DNA of 64,000 nt from Devosia sp. 67-54 (lineage in GTDB: Bacteria > Pseudomonadota > Alphaproteobacteria > Rhizobiales > Devosiaceae), in assembly GCF_001899075.1 (NCBI RefSeq), contig NZ_MKVA01000002.1:261468-325467 (forward strand). Reading direction: 5' to 3'. This document shows positions 11,847 through 20,698 of this stretch, piece by piece (the first letter of the stretch is position 1; each line of letters starts with the position of its first letter). Under the pieces are notes generated by a model, which saw only the letters and a program-made list of their open reading frames with translations, was not told the DNA's origin and did not search any database. A program made the position numbers and the translations under genes.

Positions 11847-11877
11847 ACTAGTACACTAGTTGCTATTTGCAATAGCA
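11847..11877. promoter_or_regulatory. two adjacent palindromes (CTAGT-AC-ACTAG and TGCTATT-TGC-AATAGCA), candidate GntR operators
   Basis: ACTAGTACACTAGT (11847..11860) contains the GT-N-AC core typical of GntR/FadR operators. TGCTATTTGCAATAGCA (11861..11877) is a perfect 7-bp-arm palindrome. They lie between the divergent SBP operon and the GntR gene. Confidence 0.45.
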
Positions 11878-11912
11878 AATGCTCGGTAGGCGATGGTGAG
11901 GAGAATCGCCAC

Positions 11913-12623
11913 TTGGCGGAATCGCGCACAAAGCTGGGAGTGACGACGCGGCCGCGGCTGCACCGGCGCGAGCGTGCCACCAGCGCCAATGCGATCTACC
12001 GCGATTTGCAGCAGCAGATCGTCAAGATGAGCCTCAAGCCCGGCACGGCGCTGGGCGAGCAGATGCTGGCCGACCAATACGGGGTGAGCCGCACGCCGGT
12101 GCGCGAGGCGGTGATCCGGCTGAGCGAAGAGCGGCTGGTCGACGTGCTGCCGCAGCAGGGCACGTTCGTGTCGCGGCTGGACCTGGCGCTGATCCCCGAA
12201 GCGGTGGTGATCCGGCAGGCGCTGGAAGGCGCCACGGTGCAGGAGGCGGCGCGGATCGGGACGGCGGGCGACATCGAGGTGCTGGACGACATCATCGCCG
12301 AGCAGACGCGCTATCGCGACCGCAGCCATGTCGACCGCTTCATGGCGTCCGACGAGGCGTTCCACGAAGCCATCGCCGCCATGGCCAAGCTGCGGGGCGT
12401 GTGGAGCTATCTGCGGCCGGCCAAGATCCATATCGACCGGGCGCGCTGGCTGACAGTGCCGTTCCTCGGGGCGACGCAGGCGCTGGCCGAGCACAAGATC
12501 ATCCGCGACGCCATCGCGGCGCACGATCCGGCGGCGGCGCTGGGCGCGATGCGCACGCATCTGCAGGCGGTGCTGCCCGACATCAGCTCGCTGCAGTCGC
12601 AATTTCCCGATTATTTCGTTTAG
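11913..12623 (+). CDS. GntR-family (FadR/FCD-type) transcriptional regulator
   Basis: HTH GEQMLADQYGVSRTPVREAVIRLSEERLV. I prefer the TTG at 11913, preceded by GAGGAG at 9-nt spacing. The track's ATG at 11817 would put two operator-like palindromes inside the coding region. Confidence 0.8.
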   Translation: MAESRTKLGVTTRPRLHRRERATSANAIYRDLQQQIVKMSLKPGTALGEQMLADQYGVSRTPVREAVIRLSEERLVDVLPQQGTFVSRLDLALIPEAVVIRQALEGATVQEAARIGTAGDIEVLDDIIAEQTRYRDRSHVDRFMASDEAFHEAIAAMAKLRGVWSYLRPAKIHIDRARWLTVPFLGATQALAEHKIIRDAIAAHDPAAALGAMRTHLQAVLPDISSLQSQFPDYFV

Positions 12624-12646
12624 GCGGCAAACGCCGAGGAGCAAGC

Positions 12647-13825
12647 ATGCGGCAGGGATGGCGCTGGTTCGGGCCGAATTCCGACGTGACGCTGGACGAG
12701 GTCCGGCAGGCGGGGGCGACCGATGTGGTGACGGCGCTGCACGAGACGCCGATCGGCGCGGTGTGGACCGAGGCGCTGGTGGCCGAGCGCAAGAACCTGA
12801 TCGAGACGACCCCGGCCGGCCGGGTGCCGCTGAGCTGGTCGGTGATCGAGTCGATCCCCATTCCCGACGCGGTGAAGCGCCGGGGCGGAGCGGCGAAGGC
12901 CGAGATCGAGGCGTGGATCGCGAGTCTCGAAGCGGCCGGAAGGGCGGGCATCAGGATCATCTGCTACAATTTCATGCCGGTGGTCGACTGGTGCCGCACC
13001 GACCTCGACTACGAGACCCCGACGGGCTCGACGGCGATGCGCTTCGACCAGGCCAAGATGGCGGTGTTCGATCTGTGCATCCTCGAGCGGCCGGGGGCCG
13101 AGCGCGAATACACGCCGGCCGAGCAGGCGGCGGCAAGAACGCTGTTCGCCAGTATGAGCGAGGACGAGCGGGCGGCGCTGGTGCGCAACATCGCCTCGGC
13201 GCTGCCGGGCTCGACCACCGAGCCGCTGACCATCGCGCAGTTCCGCGACAAGCTGGAGCAGTATCGCGACATCGATGCGGGCCGGCTGCGGCAGCATCTG
13301 ATCGAGTTCCTCGAGGCTGTGACGCCGGCGGCCGAGGCGCTGGGGGTGACGCTGACGCTGCATCCCGACGATCCGCCGCGGCCGCTGTTCGGGCTGCCGC
13401 GCGTCGCCTCGACGGCGGACGATTATGCGGCGATCTTCACGGCGGTGCCGTCGGCGGCCAACGGCATGTGCTTTTGCACCGGGAGCCTCGGGGTGCGCGC
13501 CGACAACGATCTGCCGGCGATCGCCCGCCGCTTCGCCTCGCGCATCGGCTTTGCGCATCTGCGCGCCACCAGGCGCGAGGCCGATCCGCGCAGCTTTTAC
13601 GAGGCAGCGCATCTCGAGGGCGATGTCGACATGGTGGCGGTGCTGAAGGAGCTGCTGGCCGAGGACGGCCGGCGGGCGCCGGGCGAGAGCATCGTGTTCC
13701 GCCCCGACCACGGGCAGAAGATGATCGGCGATTTCGGCCGGCAGGGCGCGCCGGGCTATCCGGTGACCGGCCGGCTGCGCGGGCTGGCGGAGCTGCGCGG
13801 CATCATCGCGGCGCTCGGGGCGTAA
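12647..13825 (+). CDS. uxuA: mannonate dehydratase
   Basis: ATG at 12647 inside track ORF 12401..13825. MRQGWRWFGPNSDVTLDEVRQAGATDVVTALH, CYNFMPVVDWCRTDL, HPDDPPRPLFGLPR, FCTGSLGVRADNDL and RPDHGQ all match my recollection of E. coli UxuA. Confidence 0.92.
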   Translation: MRQGWRWFGPNSDVTLDEVRQAGATDVVTALHETPIGAVWTEALVAERKNLIETTPAGRVPLSWSVIESIPIPDAVKRRGGAAKAEIEAWIASLEAAGRAGIRIICYNFMPVVDWCRTDLDYETPTGSTAMRFDQAKMAVFDLCILERPGAEREYTPAEQAAARTLFASMSEDERAALVRNIASALPGSTTEPLTIAQFRDKLEQYRDIDAGRLRQHLIEFLEAVTPAAEALGVTLTLHPDDPPRPLFGLPRVASTADDYAAIFTAVPSAANGMCFCTGSLGVRADNDLPAIARRFASRIGFAHLRATRREADPRSFYEAAHLEGDVDMVAVLKELLAEDGRRAPGESIVFRPDHGQKMIGDFGRQGAPGYPVTGRLRGLAELRGIIAALGA

Positions 13826-13851
13826 GCTCGAACTATCGCAGGCCGGTGGGC

Positions 13852-13894
13852 GTGGCCCCCACCCCCGGCCCCTCCCCGCAGGGGGGAGGGGGGC
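13852..13894 (+). repeat. family-A REP-like unit
   Basis: Near-identical unit downstream of uxuA, followed by CGATGGAGCCGC. Confidence 0.85.
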
Positions 13895-13997
13895 GATGGA
13901 GCCGCGAGAACACGACAGTGCCCGCCTCAGCGGCGCGGTCACGGAACCAACTCCGCTCGGGCGCCATTCGAGTTGCGCGGCACAGTGGAGGCGCGCG

Positions 13998-14777
13998 ATG
14001 GAACTCGAGAACCAGGTGGCATTGGTAACGGGCGCCGGCTCGGGCATCGGGGCGGCGACGGCGCTGCGGCTGGCCGAAGAGGGCGCCGACGTGGTGCTGG
14101 TCAGCCGCACGGCCGGGGAGATCGACAAGGTCGCCGCATCGATCGAGCGGCTGGGGCGCACGGCGCTGGCGGTGGCCGCGGACGTGGCCGACGACCGGGC
14201 GATGACCAATCTGTTCCGGCGCATCGGGCGGCGGTTCGGCCGGCTCGATTTCGTGCTCGCCAATGCCGGCATCAACGGCGTGTGGGCGCCGATCGAGGAG
14301 CTGAAGCCGGCGGAGTGGGACGAGACCATCCGCATCAATCTGCGCGGCACGTATCTGACGGTGCATCACGCGGTGCCGCTGATGAAGCCGCGCGGCGGCT
14401 CGATCGCCATCACCTCGTCGATCAACGGCACGCGCACCTTCACCAGTGCGGGCGCCAGCGCCTATTCGACCACCAAGGCCGGACAGCTGGCGCTGGGGCA
14501 GATGCTGGCGCTGGAACTGGCGCGGCACAAGATCAGGGTCAACGTCATCTGTCCGGGCGCCATCGGCACCGAGATCGGCGACAACACCAAAAGGCGGGCC
14601 ACGGCGCGGGCGAAGGTGCCGGCGAAATATCCCAAGGGCACGGTGCCGCTGACCGACGGCGCGGCGGGCACGGCGCGCGAGGTGGCGGAGCTGGCGCTGT
14701 TCCTCGCCAGCAACCGGTCGCGGCATCTGAGTGGAACACCGATCTGGATCGACGGGGCGCAGTCGCTGCTGGTGTGA
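13998..14777 (+). CDS. short-chain dehydrogenase/reductase (SDR)
   Basis: ATG at 13998 (MELENQVALVTGAGSGIGAA). TGxxxGxG and YSTTK (YxxxK) motifs. The upstream part of track ORF 13896.. is REP sequence. Confidence 0.88.
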   Translation: MELENQVALVTGAGSGIGAATALRLAEEGADVVLVSRTAGEIDKVAASIERLGRTALAVAADVADDRAMTNLFRRIGRRFGRLDFVLANAGINGVWAPIEELKPAEWDETIRINLRGTYLTVHHAVPLMKPRGGSIAITSSINGTRTFTSAGASAYSTTKAGQLALGQMLALELARHKIRVNVICPGAIGTEIGDNTKRRATARAKVPAKYPKGTVPLTDGAAGTAREVAELALFLASNRSRHLSGTPIWIDGAQSLLV

Positions 14778-14798
14778 GGGCCGGGTAGACTGGTGATT

Positions 14799-14841
14799 GC
14801 GGCCCCCACCCCCGGCCCCTCCCCGCAGGGGGGAGGGGGGC
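14799..14841 (+). repeat. family-A REP-like unit
   Basis: Near-identical unit downstream of the SDR gene, followed by CGATAGAGCCGC. Confidence 0.85.
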
Positions 14842-14899
14842 GATAGAGCCGCTGGGACCGGTGGTGCAGTCAGCTCGACTGCGGCATGGTGCTGCCGGC

Positions 14900-15544
14900 T
14901 CAGGCGCGGGGCGGGGTGAGGTAGCTCAGCATGACGTCGACGATGTGGGCTTCCCAGCGCTCGAGCTCGGCCTTGTCCATCAGGTCGCGGGCGAAGGCGG
15001 CCGAGAGGGTCCAGCGGTTGGAGAGGTAGAAGAAGCCGAGGGCGGCGATGGTGATGTAGGCATCGAGCGGGTCGAGCCCGGCGCGGAACACGCCGTCGCG
15101 GCTGCCGCGGACGAGCACGTCGCGCAGCTCGTCGATGATGGGCGAGTTCATGATCACGGCGCGCTCGGACTTTCTCACGAAGCGGCCGCGCATCAGGTTC
15201 TCGGTGCCGAGCAGGCTGAGGAATTCGGGGTGGGCGAGGAAGTAGCGCCAGGTGAACAGCACCAGCTCGCGCATGGCCTCGCGCGGCGGGCGGTGGCCGA
15301 GGTCGAGCCCGGCCTCGGCGGCGCGGATGGCGGCGTAACTCTCTTCGAGGACGGCGAGGTAGAGCAGCTCCTTGCCGCCGAAATAATGGTAGAGCATGCG
15401 CTTGTTGATGCGGGCGCGGCGGGCGATGGCGTCGATGCGGGCGCCGCCAAAGCCCTTCTCGGTGAATTCGCGCGTCGCCGCCGCGAGGATCGAGGCCTTG
15501 GTCCGTTCCGGATCGCGTATGCTTGCGCCTGGCCGCTTCGCCAC
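14900..15544 (-). CDS. TetR/AcrR-family transcriptional regulator
   Basis: Real part of track ORF 14900..16333. GTG at 15544 (VAKRPGASIRDPERTKASILAAATREFTEKGFGGARIDAIARRARINKRMLYHYFGGKELLY). Confidence 0.85.
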   Translation of the reverse strand: MAKRPGASIRDPERTKASILAAATREFTEKGFGGARIDAIARRARINKRMLYHYFGGKELLYLAVLEESYAAIRAAEAGLDLGHRPPREAMRELVLFTWRYFLAHPEFLSLLGTENLMRGRFVRKSERAVIMNSPIIDELRDVLVRGSRDGVFRAGLDPLDAYITIAALGFFYLSNRWTLSAAFARDLMDKAELERWEAHIVDVMLSYLTPPRA

Positions 15545-15573
15545 TGTGGCCCCCAGCCGTCTGGTGTGTCGCG

Positions 15574-16383
15574 TCAGCAGACCGAATTGAACCGTTCGAT
15601 GCAAGTGGCGATGACGGCCTCTCCCGGCTTCTGTGCCCACTCGGTCGAGAAGATCTCGACCTCCTGCGGCCCGCCGAAGCCGGCGGCGGCGACGGCGCGG
15701 CGGAAGGCGGGGAAGTCGATGACGCCGTCGCCCATCATGCCGCGATCGTTGAGCAGGTCGCGGGTGGGGACGAGGAAATCGGAGATGTGGTGGGCGAGGA
15801 TGCGGCCGTCGCGGCCGGCGCGGGCGATCTGCGGCCAGAGCTCGGGGTCCCACCAGAGGTGGTAGGTGTCGAGCACCACGCCGACGCCGTCGCCGAGCGC
15901 GTCGCAGAGGTCGAGGGCCTGGGCGAGGGTGTTCACGCAGGCGCGGTCGGGGGCGTACATCGGATGCAGCGGCTCGATGGCGAGCGGCATGCCGGCGGCG
16001 CGGGCGTAGGGCAGCAGTGCGGCGAGGCCGTCGGCGACGCGCCGGCGCGCCGCGGCGAGGTCGCGCGAGCCGGCCGGCAGGCCGCCGACCACCAGCACCA
16101 GATGAGTGGCGCCAATGGCGGCGGCTTCGTCGATGGCGCGCCTGTTGTCGTCGAGGGCGTCGGGGGCGGTGGTGAACATGCCGCCGCGGCAGAGGCCGGT
16201 GGCCTTGAGGCCGTTGCCGGCGAGAATGCGCGCCGCTTCGGCGAGGCCGGTGGCGGCGAGCTGGTCGCGCCAGGGGGCGACCCAGGCGATGCCGTGCCTG
16301 GCGCAGGCCTCGCAGGCGGCGCGCAGATCGCATTGGGCGCGGATGGTGGCGAGGTTGATCGACAGATCGGTCGTGTGGCTCAT
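15574..16383 (-). CDS. sugar phosphate isomerase/epimerase (xylose-isomerase-like TIM barrel)
   Basis: 269-aa ORF. Family-typical IEPLHP and DTYHLWWD segments. 4-nt overlap with the upstream DUF993 gene. Confidence 0.85.
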   Translation of the reverse strand: MSHTTDLSINLATIRAQCDLRAACEACARHGIAWVAPWRDQLAATGLAEAARILAGNGLKATGLCRGGMFTTAPDALDDNRRAIDEAAAIGATHLVLVVGGLPAGSRDLAAARRRVADGLAALLPYARAAGMPLAIEPLHPMYAPDRACVNTLAQALDLCDALGDGVGVVLDTYHLWWDPELWPQIARAGRDGRILAHHISDFLVPTRDLLNDRGMMGDGVIDFPAFRRAVAAAGFGGPQEVEIFSTEWAQKPGEAVIATCIERFNSVC

Positions 16384-17552
16384 GGCTCGATGCCTCCGAC
16401 CGCGAGCAGATGCTGCATGCGACGCGCGGCGCGCTCGGGATCGGCCAGCATGCGGGCGGCGTCGGCGAGGCGGAAGATCTCGGCGAAATGCAGCAGCGAG
16501 CGGGCGCTCTGCTGGCCGCCCAGCATCAGGAAGTGCTGCTGGAAGCCGTTGAGCCAGGCAAGGAACACGATTCCAGTCTTGTAGAAGCGGGTGGGGGCGG
16601 CAAAGATCAGGCGCGACAGCGGCACGGTGGGGGCGAGGATGGCGTCGAATTCGGCGCGGTCGTTTCGGGCGAGGGCCGCGAGCGCCGCCGAGGCCGCCGG
16701 CGCGATGGCATCGAAGATGCCGAGCAAAGCGTGCGAATAGCCCTTGTCGTCACCGGCGATCAGCTCGGCGTAGTTGAAGTCGTCGCCGGTGTACATGCGC
16801 ACCGACGGCGCGAGGCGGCGGCGCATGGCGATCTCCTTGTCGGCGGAGAGCAGCGAGATCTTGATGCCGTCGACCTTGCCGGCGTTGGCGTTGATCACGT
16901 CGACGGCGACGTTCATGGCGAGGTCGTGATCGGCGTGGCCCCAATAGCCGGCGAGGGCGGGGTCGAACATCTCGCCCAGCCAGTGCAGGATCACCGGCTC
17001 CTTCGCCTGGCGCAGCAGGCGGTCGTAGACCCTGACGTAGTCGTCGGGGCCCTTGGCGGCGGCAACGAGGGCGCGGCTCGCCATCAGGATGACGCGGCCG
17101 CCGAGGCCTTCGACGAAGGCGAACTGCTCCTCGTAGGCGCGGATGACGTCGTCGAGGGTGACGGTGGGTGAGGGGGCCAGATGGTCAGTGCCGACGCCGC
17201 AGGCGATGAGGGCGTCGGGCCGTGCCCTGGCGGCGGCGAGCGCGTGGCGGATGAGAAGCTGCGCGCCGGGCCAGTCGAGGCCCATGCCGCGCTGCGCGGT
17301 GTCCATGGCCTCGGCGACGCCGAGGCCGAGGTCCCACAGATGCGAGCGGAAGGCGATGGTGGCGTCCCAGTCGATGCGGCTTTCAAGCCACGGATCGGTG
17401 GCGGCCAGCGGGTCGATCACCACATGCGCGGCGGCGTAGGCGATGCGATTGAAGGCGGGGCGGGCGCTGCCGGTGGCGACGGGCAGCGGGGTGTTGCGGA
17501 GGGCGTAGCGTTCGAGGCTGCCGTCGGCGCGCGGAAGAGTGAGTTCGGGCAT
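16380..17552 (-). CDS. DUF993-family protein (often annotated as dihydrodipicolinate synthase-like)
   Basis: 390-aa ORF. AYAAAHVVIDP, IDWDATIAFRSHLWDLGLGVAEAMDTAQRGMGLDW. Recognised from memory as the DUF993 family. Confidence 0.75.
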   Translation of the reverse strand: MPELTLPRADGSLERYALRNTPLPVATGSARPAFNRIAYAAAHVVIDPLAATDPWLESRIDWDATIAFRSHLWDLGLGVAEAMDTAQRGMGLDWPGAQLLIRHALAAARARPDALIACGVGTDHLAPSPTVTLDDVIRAYEEQFAFVEGLGGRVILMASRALVAAAKGPDDYVRVYDRLLRQAKEPVILHWLGEMFDPALAGYWGHADHDLAMNVAVDVINANAGKVDGIKISLLSADKEIAMRRRLAPSVRMYTGDDFNYAELIAGDDKGYSHALLGIFDAIAPAASAALAALARNDRAEFDAILAPTVPLSRLIFAAPTRFYKTGIVFLAWLNGFQQHFLMLGGQQSARSLLHFAEIFRLADAARMLADPERAARRMQHLLAVGGIEP

Positions 17553-17559
17553 TGCTGGC

Positions 17560-18735
17560 TCAGGCCGGGATCGAGGTCTTGGCGGGGGTCAGCGCCGGAA
17601 CGTCGATCCAGCGGCGCTCCTGCCAGCTCTGCAGCGCCAGCTCGGCGAGCTGCACGCCCTTGGCGCCCTCGCGCAGGGTGAAGGTCCATGGCGTGCCGGC
17701 GACGAGGTGGCGGATGAAGTCCTCCCATTGCTGCTTGAAGCCGTTCTCGAACGTCGTGGTGGTCGGCACTTCCTCCCAGGTGTCGTTGAAGGCGATGGTC
17801 TGCGGCACGTCGGGGTTCCACACGGGCTTGGGGGTATTGACGCGATGCTGCGTCCAGCAGCGCTGCAGCCCGGCGACGGCGGAGCCGTGCGTGCCGTCGA
17901 CCTGGAAGGTCACGAGGTCGTCGCGCTTCACCCGCACCGCCCAGGAGGAATTGATGTGGGCGACGATGCCGCCGGCGAGCTCGAAGGTGGCGTAGGCGGC
18001 GTCGTCGGCGTCGGCGCGGTAGGCCATGCCCTTCTCGTCGACGCGCTCGGGGATGTGGGTGGCGCCGAGGCAGCTCACCGCCTGCACCTCGCCGAACAAA
18101 TTGTCGAGCACGTAGCGCCAGTGCGGCAGCATATCGAGGATGATGCCGCCGCCTTCGGCCTTGCGGTAGTTCCAGGAGGGGCGCTGGGCGGCGACGCCCC
18201 AATCGCCCTCGAACACCCAATAGCCGAACTCGCCGCGGACCGAGAGGATGCGGCCGAAAAAGCCGCTGTCCTTGAGCAATTTGATCTTGCGCAGGCCGGG
18301 CAGGAACAGCTTGTCCTGCACCACGCCGTTGCGCAGCTTCAGCTTTTCCGCCATTTCGGCCAGCGACAGGGCGTCGGCCAGCGTCTCGGCGATGGGCTTT
18401 TCGCAATAGACGTGCTTGCCGGCCTGCATGGCGCGCTTGAGCAGATCGGTGCGCATCTGGGTGGAGCCGGCGTCGAAGAACAGGGTGTCGTCGGGGTTGG
18501 CGAGGGCGGCGCCGAGGTCGGTGGTCCAGCGCTCGATGCCGTATTGGCGGGCGATGGCCTCGATCTTTTCGGCATTGCGGCCGACGAGGATGGGGTCGGG
18601 CATCACGCGATCGTTATCGGGCAGAGTGACGCCGCCCTGCTGCCGGATGGCGACGATGGAGCGCACCAGATGCTGGTTGAGCCCCATCCGGCCGGTGATG
18701 CCGTGCATGATGATGCCAAGACGCCGAACGGCCAT
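17560..18735 (-). CDS. Gfo/Idh/MocA-family oxidoreductase
   Basis: 391-aa ORF. N-terminal Rossmann LGIIMHGITGRMG and the VYCEKPIA motif. GGGAGGAG SD upstream. Confidence 0.88.
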   Translation of the reverse strand: MAVRRLGIIMHGITGRMGLNQHLVRSIVAIRQQGGVTLPDNDRVMPDPILVGRNAEKIEAIARQYGIERWTTDLGAALANPDDTLFFDAGSTQMRTDLLKRAMQAGKHVYCEKPIAETLADALSLAEMAEKLKLRNGVVQDKLFLPGLRKIKLLKDSGFFGRILSVRGEFGYWVFEGDWGVAAQRPSWNYRKAEGGGIILDMLPHWRYVLDNLFGEVQAVSCLGATHIPERVDEKGMAYRADADDAAYATFELAGGIVAHINSSWAVRVKRDDLVTFQVDGTHGSAVAGLQRCWTQHRVNTPKPVWNPDVPQTIAFNDTWEEVPTTTTFENGFKQQWEDFIRHLVAGTPWTFTLREGAKGVQLAELALQSWQERRWIDVPALTPAKTSIPA

Positions 18736-18750
18736 TGTGCTCCTCCCAAG

Positions 18751-18770
18751 TTGTAACCGGATAGTTACAA
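18751..18770. promoter_or_regulatory. inverted repeat TTGTAAC-N6-GTTACAA, candidate TetR operator (or 5'-UTR hairpin)
   Basis: Perfect 7-bp arms immediately upstream of the SD of the Gfo/Idh/MocA gene. That gene heads the operon ending in the TetR gene. Confidence 0.4.
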
Positions 18771-19105
18771 ACGGACGGAACCGGCGTCAAGCCGGATTAC
18801 CGGGTGCCGACGCCGAAGGCTGATATTGCTGGAGGATTGCGTGGATATCGCAACCGGGCAGTTCCGTATGCGGAGGCCCGGATCGGCAACGGACGAAATT
18901 GCTAGAACGGTGAGTTAGAATGGTGCAACAGAACGCCCGCCGGACCGCGTCGGGGCGGTGGCGAGGGGAGGCGACTCAGCGGCCGCTCAAGCATGGAAAA
19001 GCTCACACCCGCATTGCGGAAAATGCATGGCTGGTGTGCGTGAACCACAAATTTCCTTGCGCGTTGCCGAGGATATTTTGCGTTCGCGTGTCGGAGGTTA
19101 GCGTC

Positions 19106-20698
19106 TTGAAGTCCGGTGGGGTTGTGCTGTCTCGGCGCCAGGTCATGGGGGCGCTGGCGGGCCTCGCGGCGATGTTGTCGACCACGGCGCTCACTCCCCC
19201 GAGTTTTGCCGAGGACACGGCGCCCGCCGCGTTTTCCTTCGATGCCCTGAGCGAGCGCATGCGCACGCTGGCGGCCGCGCCGTTCGTCGCGGACGCGGCG
19301 CCGCTGCCGCCGGTGCTGAAGGCGCTCAACTACGACAGCTACCGGCTGATCCAGGCGCGCAACGACAAATCGGTCGCGCTGTCGGACGGCTTCGGCTACT
19401 TCATCCAGCCGTTCCATCTGGGCTGGCTGTTCCAGCAGCCGGTGGAGATGTTCGAGGCGGCGGACGGCAGCGCCAGGCCGATCGCCTTCAGTGCCGCCGA
19501 TTTCGACTATCACGACCCGGCGGTGGAAAAGGAAATGGCGGCGATCACGCTGCCGGGGGTCGCCGGCTTCCGCATCGACGGGCCGATGCTGGCGTCCGAC
19601 CAGATGGACGAGATCGTGGCGTTCCTGGGCGCCAGCTATTTCCGGGCGCTCGGGCGCGGCAACGCCTATGGCGGCAGCGCCCGTGGCGCGGTGGTCAATT
19701 CCTGGCTCAGCGGCCCCGAGGATTTCCCGCGGTTCTCGCAGTTCTATGTCGAGCGGGCGGAGTGGGGGAAGCCGCTGACGCTCTATGCGGCGCTCGAGGG
19801 GCAGAGCCTCACCGGGGCGTTCAAATTCGTGCTCGATCCGGCCAATGCCGACCGGCAGCAGACGGTGTTCGAGGTCACGGCGCGCTATTTCTTCCGCACC
19901 GACATCCCGGAAATGGGAGTGGCGCCGCTGACCTCGATGTACCTTTATTCCGAGGCCAACCGAAGCCAGTTCGACGACTACCGCCCGGAGGTGCACGACA
20001 GCGACGGGCTGCTGCTCGACGCCGGCACCGGCGAGATCGCCTGGCGGGCGCTCAACAATCCGCCGACGCTGGGCAATTCCTATTTCGGCGCCACCAATCC
20101 CAAGGCGTTCGGGCTGATGCAGCGGGCGCGCGATTTCGCCTCGTACGAGGATCCGGGGGCGCGCTACGATTTGCGGCCATCGATGCTGGTCGAGCCGCTC
20201 GGCGATTGGGGCAAGGGCGCGGTGCGGCTGATCGAGGTGCCGGCCAAGCTCGAGACCGACGACAACATCATCGCCTTCTGGGTGCCCGAGACCAAGTACA
20301 AGGCCGGCGACAGCGCCGAATTCCGCTACCGGCTGTCGTGGGGCGACCTCAGCCCCGACCCCAAGGGGGCGGTCGCTTATGTCGCAGCCACGCGAGGCGG
20401 CCAGGGTGGCGTGTCCGGCGTTGAGAACAAGCAGACGCTGCGCAAATTCGTCGTCGATTTCGCCGGCGGGAGTCTGGCGGAGCTGCAGGCGGAAGACGTC
20501 GATGCCGTGGCAACCCTGACCGGGGGCGACGGCAAGATCGTGTTTTCGTCGGTGACCAAGCTGCCCGACGATGGCGCCATGCGACTGGCGATCGATGCCG
20601 AGATCGACAGCAAGGCGCCGATCGAGCTGCGCGCCTATCTGGTCGGCGGCGGCCAGCAATTGACGGAAACCTGGCTCTATCAATGGCGGGCGGCATGA
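19106..20698 (+). CDS. opgG: periplasmic glucan biosynthesis protein OpgG/OpgD (MdoG family), Tat-like signal
   Basis: Real part of track ORF 18920..20698. TTG at 19106 with GGAGG upstream (alternative GTG at 19124). LSRRQVMGALAGLAAMLSTTALTPPSFA signal. MdoG-like body. Confidence 0.88.
   Translation: MKSGGVVLSRRQVMGALAGLAAMLSTTALTPPSFAEDTAPAAFSFDALSERMRTLAAAPFVADAAPLPPVLKALNYDSYRLIQARNDKSVALSDGFGYFIQPFHLGWLFQQPVEMFEAADGSARPIAFSAADFDYHDPAVEKEMAAITLPGVAGFRIDGPMLASDQMDEIVAFLGASYFRALGRGNAYGGSARGAVVNSWLSGPEDFPRFSQFYVERAEWGKPLTLYAALEGQSLTGAFKFVLDPANADRQQTVFEVTARYFFRTDIPEMGVAPLTSMYLYSEANRSQFDDYRPEVHDSDGLLLDAGTGEIAWRALNNPPTLGNSYFGATNPKAFGLMQRARDFASYEDPGARYDLRPSMLVEPLGDWGKGAVRLIEVPAKLETDDNIIAFWVPETKYKAGDSAEFRYRLSWGDLSPDPKGAVAYVAATRGGQGGVSGVENKQTLRKFVVDFAGGSLAELQAEDVDAVATLTGGDGKIVFSSVTKLPDDGAMRLAIDAEIDSKAPIELRAYLVGGGQQLTETWLYQWRAA

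Noticed and set aside
11817-11912. ATG at 11817 as the GntR start
   Set aside because: It would place two operator-like palindromes and the low-GC promoter region inside the coding sequence. A TTG at 11913 with a good SD gives a family-typical length.
13852-14841. SDR gene flanked by direct repeats as a mobile cassette
   Set aside because: There is no transposase or integrase, no target-site duplication that I could see, and the repeats belong to a genome-wide REP family. It is kept only as a low-interest observation.
18771-19105. 335-bp lower-GC gap upstream of opgG as an sRNA, riboswitch or small gene
   Set aside because: I saw only short 5-bp inverted repeats, no recognisable riboswitch core, and no ORF with an SD. 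It is most likely two divergent promoters and 5' UTRs. This cannot be excluded without covariance-model searches.
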